Positions 1 through 7,905 are shown, numbered from the stretch's first letter. The stretch is DNA of 32,000 bases from Gemmata obscuriglobus (GCF_008065095.1 NZ_CP042911.1:7770001-7802000); one strand, 5' to 3'. Numbers and translations: made by a program. Notes: generated from the sequence alone by a model not told the origin.

Positions 1-144
1 CGCGCCGAGCGTGATGATCCCGTACTGGCCCTGGTAGCTGGCCACGTCGATCAGGTTGCTCGCCTCGCCGGCCCGGTTGTGCGAGAGGAACAGGGCCACG
101 TACAGCGCCGCCACCAACCCCAGGACGCCCAGAAGGCGAGTCAT
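1..144 (-). CDS. Sugar ABC transporter permease, first 48 codons only (gene runs off the window start)
   Basis: The minus-strand ATG at 144..142 overlaps the ATPase stop (TAATG). The translation MTRLLGVLGLVAALYVALFLSHNRAGEASNLIDVASYQGQYGIITLGA is a hydrophobic TM1 plus the segment typical of RbsC/AraH-type permeases. It is third in the operon after the binding protein and ATPase. Confidence 0.6.
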   Translation of the reverse strand, partial: MTRLLGVLGLVAALYVALFLSHNRAGEASNLIDVASYQGQYGIITLGA

Positions 145-1655
145 TACGCGGTCCCCCCGGTCGCGAGTCGCATCACCGCTTCTTCGGTCACCCGCGGGCC
201 GAGCAGTTCGCCGGCCACGCGGCCCTCGTGCATCACCACCACGCGGTCGGACATGCCGAGCAGCTCTTCCATGTCGCTGGTGATCATCCACACCGCGACG
301 CCCCGGCCCGCCAGCTCGTCGATGAGGGCGTAGATCTCGGCCTTCGCGCCAACGTCCACGCCGCGGGTCGGCTCGTCGAGGATCAGCACCCGCGGCCCGC
401 GCGCGAGCCACTTCCCGTACACCACTTTCTGCTGGTTCCCGCCGGACAGGAGCCCGACCGGCTGGGCCGCGCGGGGCGTCTTCACCCGGAGCCGGTCGAT
501 CCAGGTGCGGTGTAGCTCGGCCTCGGCGCGGCGGTTCACCCCGAGCGGCGAGCCGAGCCGGTCCAGGTTCGGGAGGCTCAGGTTGAAGCCCACGCCCTCG
601 GCCAGCACCAGCCCGTGCAGCCGGCGGTCCTCGGGCACCAGCAGCACGCCGCTCGCGATCGCGTCCCGCGGCGAGCCGATGCGCGCCGGTTCGCCGTTAA
701 GGAGCAGCTCGCCCGCGGTGAGCTGTCGGACGCCGAAGACCGCCTCCGACAGCTCGGTGCGGCCCGCGCCCACGAGCCCGGCCATGCCCAGGATCTCGCC
801 GGCCCGGACCTCGAAGCTCGCGGGCGTGGCCGGGCCGTTCCGGTACCGCACGCCGCGGACGCTCAGCACCGGCGCGCCCCCGGCCCCGGTGCGGTGCGTT
901 TTCGGGTAGAACTGCTTCAGGTCGCGGCCCACCATCAGCCGCACCAGGTTGTCGTGCGTGATCTCGCCCCGCGCGAGTTCGCCCGCGTTCTGCCCGTCGC
1001 GCAGCACAACGGCCCGGTCCGCGACCCGCCTCACCTCCGCGAGCCGGTGCGAGATGTACAGGACCGACACGCCGGCCGCCTTCAGCGCGTCGATGACCCG
1101 GTAGAGCTGCTCGGTTTCCTTCTGCGTGAGGCTCGACGTGGGCTCGTCCATGATGAGGACGCGGACGTCGGTGCCGAGCGCGCGGGCGATCTCGACGAGC
1201 TGCTTCTCGCCGGGCGGCAGGCTCTCGACGCGGGCCTGGGCGCGGTTCGCGGGGAGCCCCACGCGGTCGAGCAGCCCCGCGGCGCGGGCCGTCATGGCGG
1301 CCCGGTCGAGCACCCGGAGCGCGCCGCCCCGGGTGACCTCGCGGCCGAGGAACAGGTTGTCGACGACCGTGAGGTTCTCCGCCAGGTTCAGCTCCTGGTG
1401 GATCAGGCTCACCCCGGCCGCGATCGCGTCGGCCGGCCCGCGGAACTGGACCGGCCGGCCGTCGAGCTGCACCGCGCCCGCGTCCGGGGTGTACACGCCC
1501 GCGACGATCTTCATGAGCGTCGACTTGCCGGCGCCGTTCTCGCCCACGACGGCCAGCACCTCGCCCGGCGCGAGGGTGAGCGACACCCCGCCGAGCGCCA
1601 GCACGCCGGGGAACTGCTTGCGCGCGTTGGTGACCTGGAGCCGAGGGTGGGACAT
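144..1655 (-). CDS. Sugar (ribose/galactoside-type) ABC transporter ATP-binding protein with two fused ABC domains
   Basis: 503-aa ORF. Walker A motifs GENGAGKST and GLVGAGRTE, signature LSGGNQQK, Walker B LILDEPT and LIMDEPT. This is the RbsA/MglA-like duplicated architecture. Confidence 0.95.
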   Translation of the reverse strand: MSHPRLQVTNARKQFPGVLALGGVSLTLAPGEVLAVVGENGAGKSTLMKIVAGVYTPDAGAVQLDGRPVQFRGPADAIAAGVSLIHQELNLAENLTVVDNLFLGREVTRGGALRVLDRAAMTARAAGLLDRVGLPANRAQARVESLPPGEKQLVEIARALGTDVRVLIMDEPTSSLTQKETEQLYRVIDALKAAGVSVLYISHRLAEVRRVADRAVVLRDGQNAGELARGEITHDNLVRLMVGRDLKQFYPKTHRTGAGGAPVLSVRGVRYRNGPATPASFEVRAGEILGMAGLVGAGRTELSEAVFGVRQLTAGELLLNGEPARIGSPRDAIASGVLLVPEDRRLHGLVLAEGVGFNLSLPNLDRLGSPLGVNRRAEAELHRTWIDRLRVKTPRAAQPVGLLSGGNQQKVVYGKWLARGPRVLILDEPTRGVDVGAKAEIYALIDELAGRGVAVWMITSDMEELLGMSDRVVVMHEGRVAGELLGPRVTEEAVMRLATGGTA

Positions 1656-1676
1656 GGGGGAGGGAGCTCAGGGCCG

Positions 1677-1728
1677 GGCGCGCGACGGTTCGCCCGGCCC
1701 GGGCCGGCCGGGCGAACCGTCGCGCGCC
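1677..1728 (-). repeat. Intercistronic GC-rich palindrome (23-bp perfect arms, 6-nt loop)
   Basis: GGCGCGCGACGGTTCGCCCGGCC at 1677..1699 is the exact reverse complement of 1706..1728. It lies between the binding-protein stop (1742) and the ATPase start (1655). Confidence 0.6.
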
Positions 1729-1741
1729 GTGTGTCTGTGGG

Positions 1742-2803
1742 TCACTTCTTCTGGGCGGCGCCGATCTTGGCCCGCAGGTCCGCCTGGAACTTCGCCGCCT
1801 CGACCGCCTCGCCGCCGAGCGCCGGGTCCGGCTTGCCGTCCTTCGTCACGACCCGGTACGGGATGGGCTTCACGTCAAAGTTCTTGGTCGCCAGCGCCTT
1901 CACGGACTCGTAACCGTAGGCGAACGGGTCCTGCACCACGGTGGCCTCGATCTCGCCGGCCTCGATGCCCCGGAGCGTGTCCCACTTCTCGTCGAAGCCG
2001 ACGATCTTGATCTCCTTCGTCATCGACCGGGCCTTCGCCTCGTTCAGGATGGCCGGCGGGTTGTACGCGTACAGCCCGACCATGCACAGGTCCGACAGCC
2101 CCTTCACGCGGGCCAGCACCGCGCCGGCGGTCTTCTGGGCGTTGTCCGGGCCGCCGTCCTCCTTCGGCGCGCGGTCCACGAGGTGGTACTTGCCGTACGT
2201 GCGCACGTCGAGGTCGGGCTTCTGGGGGTGGGTACCGTCGGCCCCCTTCGCGTCCTTCTCACCCGCCAGCTCGTCGAGCACGCCCTGCGTGCGGGCCTGG
2301 GCGTTGGCCGATTTGGTGTCGCCGATGAACATCGCGACGGTGCCCCCCTGGGGCAGGGTCTTCTTCACGATCCGGCCGACGGCCTTACCGGCCTCGTAGT
2401 TGTCGACCCCGACGTAGCACTTGCGCCCGGTCTTGTCGGCGTCGTTGTCCATCGTGACCAGCGGGGTCTTCTGGGCGATGCGGGTGAGGTCCTCGGTCTG
2501 CCCCTTCGGGTTGATCACGCTCACCACGATCCCGTCCAGCCCCTGCTTGGCCCACGACTCGACAATCTCCATCTGGGCCTTCGCGTCGAACGCCTGTTCC
2601 GGCTGGCGGAACAGGAGGTCCACGTTGAACTCGGCCGCCGCTTTCCGCGCGCCGGCGTCGCAGATGTCCCAGAACTCGTCGGTGCAGTTGGTGACGACAC
2701 CGATCTTGGCCTTGCCGGCCCCGTCTTTCTTGCCGCACGCGGGCACGCAGGCCAGAACCGCGGCCAGCGCGGCGATCACCGAAACGCGAAGGACGATCGA
2801 CAC
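1742..2803 (-). CDS. Sugar ABC transporter substrate-binding lipoprotein (periplasmic binding protein type 1)
   Basis: 353-aa ORF with a GTG start. Signal peptide with Cys (LACVPACGKK). The body (IGVVTN..DEFW, GLDGIVVSVINP, VGVDNYEAGKAVG) resembles RbsB-like sugar binding proteins. It is directly upstream of the ABC ATPase. Confidence 0.9.
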   Translation of the reverse strand: MSIVLRVSVIAALAAVLACVPACGKKDGAGKAKIGVVTNCTDEFWDICDAGARKAAAEFNVDLLFRQPEQAFDAKAQMEIVESWAKQGLDGIVVSVINPKGQTEDLTRIAQKTPLVTMDNDADKTGRKCYVGVDNYEAGKAVGRIVKKTLPQGGTVAMFIGDTKSANAQARTQGVLDELAGEKDAKGADGTHPQKPDLDVRTYGKYHLVDRAPKEDGGPDNAQKTAGAVLARVKGLSDLCMVGLYAYNPPAILNEAKARSMTKEIKIVGFDEKWDTLRGIEAGEIEATVVQDPFAYGYESVKALATKNFDVKPIPYRVVTKDGKPDPALGGEAVEAAKFQADLRAKIGAAQKK

Positions 2804-2903
2804 GGTTGCACCCAGTTCGAGGGAGAAGCGGGAATTCGTAAAGGGTGTTTACAAACTACCGGGCGTGACCAAAGAGGCAAGCGCGAAGGCACGAAGAAGG
2901 GCG

Positions 2904-3419
2904 CTAACGGTTGATCCGGTAGGGCTCGCCTTCCCCCTTGATCAGATCCGGCGGGTGAACGGTGCCGCCGCCCGCGACGTAGGCGAACAGCTCCGCAACT
3001 TCGTCCCCGCGCATGTGGTAGCCGCGCAGCTCGTCGAGTGTGACCCACCGCGCGCCGAGCGACTCGTCGTCGGGGCGGGACTTGGGCGGGGTGTCGTCGG
3101 CGGGTTCGGCGAGGTAGACGACGCGCATCCGCGCCCCGGTGGGGAGCGGGGTGTGCTCGACGCGGACGACCCCGGTGAGGCGGATCGGGATGCCGCCTTC
3201 TTCGAACGTTTCGCGCACCGCCGCTGCCGCGAACGACTCGCCCTCTTCGACCCGCCCCGCCGGCAGGTACCACGGCTGCCCCGGCTTGTTCTCCTGCACG
3301 ATCAGGAACTGATCGCCCTTGCGCACCACCACGAGGGCGAAGCACCAGGTCGGGATCGGCGCGCGCGGCATGTCAGGCTCCTGTGCGCCGCCCGGGAGGT
3401 GCGTGGGGCCGGGCGGCAT
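2904..3419 (-). CDS. Nudix hydrolase
   Basis: Canonical Nudix box GRVEEGESFAAAAVRETFEEGGI (GX5EX7REUXEEXGU). The start is uncertain; an alternative ATG at 3371 gives MPRAPIPTW. Confidence 0.85.
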   Translation of the reverse strand: MPPGPTHLPGGAQEPDMPRAPIPTWCFALVVVRKGDQFLIVQENKPGQPWYLPAGRVEEGESFAAAAVRETFEEGGIPIRLTGVVRVEHTPLPTGARMRVVYLAEPADDTPPKSRPDDESLGARWVTLDELRGYHMRGDEVAELFAYVAGGGTVHPPDLIKGEGEPYRINR

Positions 3420-3425
3420 TGCACG

Positions 3426-3683
3426 CTAGCAGCGGTTGCGCCGAGCAACAAGGGCAAGGCCACCGCGGGGCGTGTCAATCGTCGGCACGTGCAGAGGTCC
3501 GCCCCCTCGGAAGACCCCGTGCAACCGCCCCGTGTCAGTGCTGGTGTTGAGCTGATGCGTCCAGACCGGCACGCCGCCGCGCTCAGAATTGCGGCTCGTC
3601 AGGTATCGAAGGAAGCGGGCTTTGGCATCGGGTAGGAAGGTGACGGTGCCGACGCCCGGTCGCGCGCCCGCGACGTTGCTCAC
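3426..3683 (-). CDS. Possible small ORF (85 aa) coupled to the upstream gene; very uncertain
   Basis: GTG at 3683..3681 overlaps the TGA of the 3680..4333 gene (GTGA). Third codon positions are G/C-rich, but the same register on the opposite strand looks equally coding-like, as expected in high-G+C DNA. No recognisable motif. Confidence 0.2.
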   Translation of the reverse strand: MSNVAGARPGVGTVTFLPDAKARFLRYLTSRNSERGGVPVWTHQLNTSTDTGRLHGVFRGGGPLHVPTIDTPRGGLALVARRNRC

Positions 3684-4333
3684 CGCTGTTCCGGTTCGAG
3701 CAGTTCTGTGGCGGTCGGCGTGACCCGATTCAGCGGCAGTGCGTAGTACGGGGTGCGGCCGAGCCGAGAGAACCCCATGCGCCGGTAGTACCGCCGCAGT
3801 CGCACGGTCGCGGCCCGCCGCTCCTCGTCGGTCGCGTACGGCGTGAGCCACCGGGGCGGCACCCGGAGCGACCCGGCCGCATCGTGCCGGAGCGGAGAGA
3901 TGTCGCTGACCGCCAGCCCGCACCCGCTCCCGATGAGGTCTACCAATTTGCGGACGGCCAGGAGCCCGAGCTTCAGCTTCCGCCACTTCGGTGACAGTAC
4001 GACGTAGTCGAGCACCAGCAGGTCGGGTTCGGCGGCATCGAACCGGGCCATCACCTCCTCGCGGAAGTGGTAGCGTTCCGGTTCGTACAGGAGGGCGTGC
4101 AGGTAATTCAGTTCGCCACTGTGGCTGTCGCACACGTCGAACAGCGACTCGCCCGCGTTGTGGGCCAGGGCGGCGTGGACCCGCATCGCGGCCACGCGAC
4201 CAACTTTTGTGACGGCCCCGGTTTCGTCGTCCACGCAGGTGATGACGCCCGCGTACTCGGACACGAAATCGCTCGGCTCGCCGTCCGGGTGTAAGCTGGC
4301 GCCGGTCCGTAACTCGATGTTGAAGCTGGCCAT
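3680..4333 (-). CDS. Hypothetical protein, possibly GNAT-like acetyltransferase fold
   Basis: 217-aa ORF with an ATG start and strong G/C third-position bias. VVLSPKWRKLKLGLLAVRKLVDLIG resembles the GNAT beta4-alpha3 acetyl-CoA motif (R/Q-x-x-G-x-G/A), and RRYYRRMGFSRLG resembles the GNAT C-terminal helix. The fold call is motif-level only. Confidence 0.6.
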   Translation of the reverse strand: MASFNIELRTGASLHPDGEPSDFVSEYAGVITCVDDETGAVTKVGRVAAMRVHAALAHNAGESLFDVCDSHSGELNYLHALLYEPERYHFREEVMARFDAAEPDLLVLDYVVLSPKWRKLKLGLLAVRKLVDLIGSGCGLAVSDISPLRHDAAGSLRVPPRWLTPYATDEERRAATVRLRRYYRRMGFSRLGRTPYYALPLNRVTPTATELLEPEQR

Positions 4334-5043
4334 ATACTCGACTTATGGCACGCCGGCAGCGGAGCCAACTTGTGGAGGGTGTCGGGCCACGTGAGTACGT
4401 CACCGGGCGCGTAAAAAAGAACTGGCAGCGGAACGGGCGCCGCTTCGTTTCGGCCCATACGGGACTCGTGTTCACAAAGACGGATTTTGACAGGATTGAC
4501 AGGGCTCACCAGATGAAGAGTGATCGATTTGAAATTTTTTATCATGTAAATTCCGTCGAAACGTTTGCGCCACGCGCCCGCTCCCTGGGCGGCCATGCGA
4601 TGCCACCCAGGGCTCATTCTGTCGCAGACAGTACTGGTGATTGAGTTCTGTCAGTCGCTAGTGCGAGCAGCGGGCGTTGTTGGTGTCGCCGCGCCGCACC
4701 GCTCACGACTTCTCGGCCGACTCTCCGGACCGTGTTCTCTACCGCGCCATTGCCACCCAACAGGGCGCGCCGAAACACATTCCCAGCGGCTTCGCTTGGC
4801 GGATCAGTTATTAGTCCTGTTTTGGGGATGATCGTAAAAGTTGGCACTCTGTCGATAGTTATCGCCTGTCGCGCACCACTGTACTGCGTCGGTGCACGCG
4901 GCGACGGGCAGGCTCGTGCGGGCGGCTTGGCCTTTTTGGTCAAGCAAGTGACTCGACCCCGACGGGCCGCATCGACAATTTGGTGAACAGGGGGATTGAC
5001 ACGCGGATGTGACTCGGACACACTCTCATTATCAGTTGGCGCC

Positions 5044-5220
5044 CCCTCTCAAGGAGTGCGGAACCGACTGTCAGGCCGACCACTCTCTCACCGGCCTGAA
5101 AACATCACCGCCCGGATTTGTGACAGCCTCTCCCCTCTGTCACAGGTCCGGGTGGTGTGTTTTGTTCGATAACGGTTCGGTCAGCAGCACGCCTCTCCCA
5201 CCGTCCTGCTGACCGAACCG
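5044..5220 (+). ncRNA. Candidate structured small RNA: three hairpins with CU-rich loops (unverified)
   Basis: Hairpin 1: 5071..5078/5092..5099. Hairpin 2: 5111..5126/5137..5152 (16 bp, two G-U pairs valid only on the plus strand), followed by TGGTGTGTTTTGTT. Hairpin 3: 5173..5187/5206..5220. The loops are ACCACUCUCUCAC, CCUCUCCCCU and CACGCCUCUCCCACCGUC. No credible ORF overlaps. Confidence 0.25.
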
Positions 5221-5404
5221 CTTCGATGATATAGACTAAGGCATACCTCGCGCCAATCACCTGCGTTCGAGCAAAAAATGTCGCAAGTTGTTATTTTCAA
5301 AGGGTTTTCACTCGTCTCGTATGCTCACTCACAACGGTGAACACTTCCGGTAGTGCCTGCGGTGCGCGCAGCTCTTCCGGTTGCTGCACACGAACGCCGC
5401 ACGT

Positions 5405-5689
5405 TCACGCCGCACCATCTTGAACCGTACTCGGCCGCTGGAGGAGCGTTCCGCGGACGATGCGACCGCCACTCAAATGCACTTCGATCTCCACAGCCTC
5501 CTGGCTGCTGTCATTCTCGAAAGCCCGTTGCCGCCATCCCGGCACCTTGGCGTCGAGATGCGTCCGCAGTGCATTCAGCACGACACGGGTGGGCGCGTTC
5601 GGTGGTAGCGGGTGCTCGTCGGTCCAACGGATAAAGGCGAGCACGCTCTCGGCCACTTCTTCCATCAGCCACAACTCCCTCCGGTTCAC
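5405..5689 (-). CDS. Hypothetical small protein (86-94 aa)
   Basis: ORF with a GTG start at 5689 or ATG at 5665 (MEEVAESVLAFIRW...). Moderate G/C third-position bias and a non-repetitive sequence. It is isolated in a gene-poor region and no motif was recognised. Confidence 0.35.
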   Translation of the reverse strand: MNRRELWLMEEVAESVLAFIRWTDEHPLPPNAPTRVVLNALRTHLDAKVPGWRQRAFENDSSQEAVEIEVHLSGGRIVRGTLLQRPSTVQDGAA

Positions 5690-6324
5690 GTTGCTCAGTG
5701 AGTTTAGAGCAGTTGGCCAGATAATTGGGTGCGATTATTCGGATTATTCAACCGAGATGTCCGCGAACCTATCGCTCTCGTGCCGTGAGATCGGCACCAC
5801 AGAAGGCCCCGAGGGGTGCGGGCATGCCTTAGTCGAGCGTCGGCAACAACAGGTGGCGGCCCCGAGGTGCTTATTCGCCGCTGGACGAACCGAAGGTTGA
5901 GATCACGGGTTGCGGGTCGTCGTGTGGCTGGCCCAAGGAATGTTGAACTTCGAGAACTTCCGCCTCCGCGTCTTGGATCGGCTCGACGGGAGAGGATCGG
6001 GCGATATCAAAAATTACTGAGCATTAGAAGATATAATGAAAGCGATCGCTCACTTCGCGGCGGGTGAATTGTTCTCGTTTCGCAGTGTCGGTCGGCTCAC
6101 GCCGTTGTATGACGGAAATTGTTTTTGGGCTTGCAGTTGTGATCCGTTGGGCGGTTTCGGCCGCTGTGCGTTTGGTGTGTTCGTATCGGGCCAAAGTTGC
6201 ACGCGGGCTGCGGTCCAGAAGTTCGGGGCTAAATATCTGTGAGGCAGTACCGAATACCGTTGCGTGCTGACCGTCACCGCGGTCACAATAAAAAAACGGG
6301 TTGAAGGTCGCCGGAGGCGGTTCC

Positions 6325-7194
6325 ATGAGAGACGATTACGATCGCGACCGCGAAGAACGCCGCGCCCGACGCCGGATGCGCCGCCGTGAAGACGGTTACG
6401 ATACCTATCGTCCGGTTAGTACGCTCGGCGTCGTCTCGTTCGTGGGCGGGCTTCTGGCGCTTATCGTGAGCCTGATCCCGTGCTTCGGGGTGGTTGCCAT
6501 CCCCGCTGCCCTGGTGGCCTTGTTTCTGGCCGTCCTGTCACTCATTGTGGCACGTCAGTCGGGGCAGGCGACGGGGTACCCGGTCGCGGCGACCGCGGTC
6601 AGTGGCTCTTCGCTGATCATTTCGCTCCTCTGGTTTGCGATGCTCGGCACAGTGTTCAGTGAGAAGCGCGCCGTATCCCATCGCCCGGCTCCGCAGGTTG
6701 AAGGTCGCCCGGTTCCGGTCCCTGTCCCGGTGCCGGCGCGCAAGGTGCAACCGGAGCAGAAGGCGCCCGCTGAGCAGAAGCCGCCGGTTGATCCGAAGGC
6801 CGCAGACGAGGCGTTTGAGAAGAAGTTGCTCGAAGACATTGCGAAGGACCGGATCAAGGAGATCATCCGCAACGGCCCTGGCATTGCGGTCTCCGCCACG
6901 AATCTTGAAGACGAGTTCGACACGAACCCGGTTGCCGCCGACGTGCAGTACAAGGACAAGGTGCTTGCCGTGTCCGGGAAGGTGGTCCGCGTTGTTCGCG
7001 ACGAGCCCCGCGGGCTTTACGCCCTCGAACTCGCGACCGGTAACGCGACCAAAACCGTGAGCTGTGAGTTCGTCGCGAAGACCAAGGACGCGCTCGCGTC
7101 GTGCAAGCGCGGGGACGAAGTGAAGGTGCGCGGCCTGTGTGCCGGGCGCGTGAACGAGTTCGTGAAACTGACCGATTGCGTCATCGCGAAGTGA
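6325..7194 (+). CDS. Membrane protein with charged N-terminus, TM helices, Pro-rich linker and C-terminal OB-fold (tRNA_anti-like) domain
   Basis: ATG at 6325 is preceded by GGAGG at 6314..6318. Hydrophobic helices (LGVVSFVGGLLALIVSLIPCFGVVAIPAALVALFLAVLSLIV; SSLIISLLWFAMLGTVF). The C-terminal segment ATNLEDEFDTNPVAADVQYKDKVLAVSGKVVRV...VKLTDCVI matches the tRNA_anti-like OB-fold pattern. Confidence 0.85.
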   Translation: MRDDYDRDREERRARRRMRRREDGYDTYRPVSTLGVVSFVGGLLALIVSLIPCFGVVAIPAALVALFLAVLSLIVARQSGQATGYPVAATAVSGSSLIISLLWFAMLGTVFSEKRAVSHRPAPQVEGRPVPVPVPVPARKVQPEQKAPAEQKPPVDPKAADEAFEKKLLEDIAKDRIKEIIRNGPGIAVSATNLEDEFDTNPVAADVQYKDKVLAVSGKVVRVVRDEPRGLYALELATGNATKTVSCEFVAKTKDALASCKRGDEVKVRGLCAGRVNEFVKLTDCVIAK

Positions 7195-7211
7195 GTGTCT
7201 GGATCGCGATC

Positions 7212-7242
7212 GGGCCGGAGGGCGCATGTCGCCCTCCGGCCC
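7212..7242 (+). terminator. Hairpin terminator candidate downstream of the 6325..7194 gene
   Basis: GGGCCGGAGGGCG / CGCCCTCCGGCCC form a 13-bp perfect stem with a 5-nt loop. It starts 18 nt after the stop codon and is followed by GCTCTCTTGCGCTCTT. Confidence 0.6.
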
Positions 7243-7420
7243 GCTCTCTTGCGCTCTTCAGTTGGCCCGCGTTGCGCGGCGCATCGGGGTTGCGGTCGTC
7301 CTTCCCTTTAAACTGGCTCATCTTACTGTTGCGACTGAACCTGAGCGGTGCGGCGGGGGGCTTTCCGTAGCCGCACGCGCCCGAACGAGTCGAGTCGTTT
7401 CCGGTTAGTTATACCGCTGT

Positions 7421-7441
7421 GCGCCACCCGCCTGCTGACGC
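7421..7441. repeat. Solo copy of a 21-mer shared with the nested palindrome at 18285..18305
   Basis: GCGCCACCCGCCTGCTGACGC is identical at 7421..7441 and 18285..18305. 17 nt of its reverse complement recur at 18338..18354. Confidence 0.8.
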
Positions 7442-7723
7442 TGGCGAGTGTGACCTCGGCGTACTCGGGTTTTCCAGCCGATCACCGCTGCCGCGCGAAC
7501 TTGAAACTACTGGAGTCCATTTTGCGTAGTCTTGATGAGGTCGGGTGCGGGGGCAGACGTACCGGTCTACCCGCTGGCACACGGGTGGCGTTGGCTACAC
7601 CAAACTCGAAATCACCGGCTCCGGGGTTCCGGCCTTCCGTGTGATCCGCCCGCGAGCGGTTGCAACATCGTGCCGGGTGCCTTCGATGGGGTTATCGCTT
7701 CGGGTCAATAGTCCGATCGTCGA

Positions 7724-7807
7724 AAGTCGTAAAGTCGCAAATTCAGTGATAATAGTGGTTCGTGACTTTGCGACTTGCGGACCAGACGACTTGTGACTCG
7801 AAGTCGT
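7724..7807. repeat. Cluster of five AAGTCG/CGACTT hexamers forming two hairpins
   Basis: AAGTCG at 7724, 7732 and 7801. CGACTT at 7771 and 7787. The pairings are 7732..7741 with 7767..7776 (10 bp) and 7786..7792 with 7801..7807 (7 bp). Confidence 0.6.
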
Positions 7808-7905
7808 TCGTTTGATGCCCCAGGCGCCCGCCCGCGAAGCGAGCGGGCCACACGAAAGGTCCGAATCTGCTGAACTGTCGTTTCCGACAGGTATCCAGCG
7901 CAGCA

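Noticed and set aside
4487-4501. Two overlapping TTGACA boxes (4487 and 4496), and another TTGACA at 4996, as sigma-70 -35 elements.
   Set aside because: No acceptable -10 hexamer lies at a 16-18-nt spacing: AGTGAT and CAGATG after the first pair, CACACT after the third. Promoter consensus in this phylum is uncertain.
5009-5212. A 67-aa ORF overlapping the three hairpins.
   Set aside because: The frame runs straight through the stem-loops, its composition is not coding-like, and it starts at a non-ATG codon without a ribosome binding site. The RNA-structure explanation fits better.
7575-7589. TGGCACACGGGTGGC, with correct GG-to-GC spacing for a sigma-54 -24/-12 promoter, in the gene-free gap.
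   Set aside because: A single TGGCAC with GC at the right distance is expected about once by chance in 64 kb of two-strand sequence. The -12 box is TGGC rather than TTGC, and there is no downstream ORF. It is kept only as context for the 7195..8009 gap.
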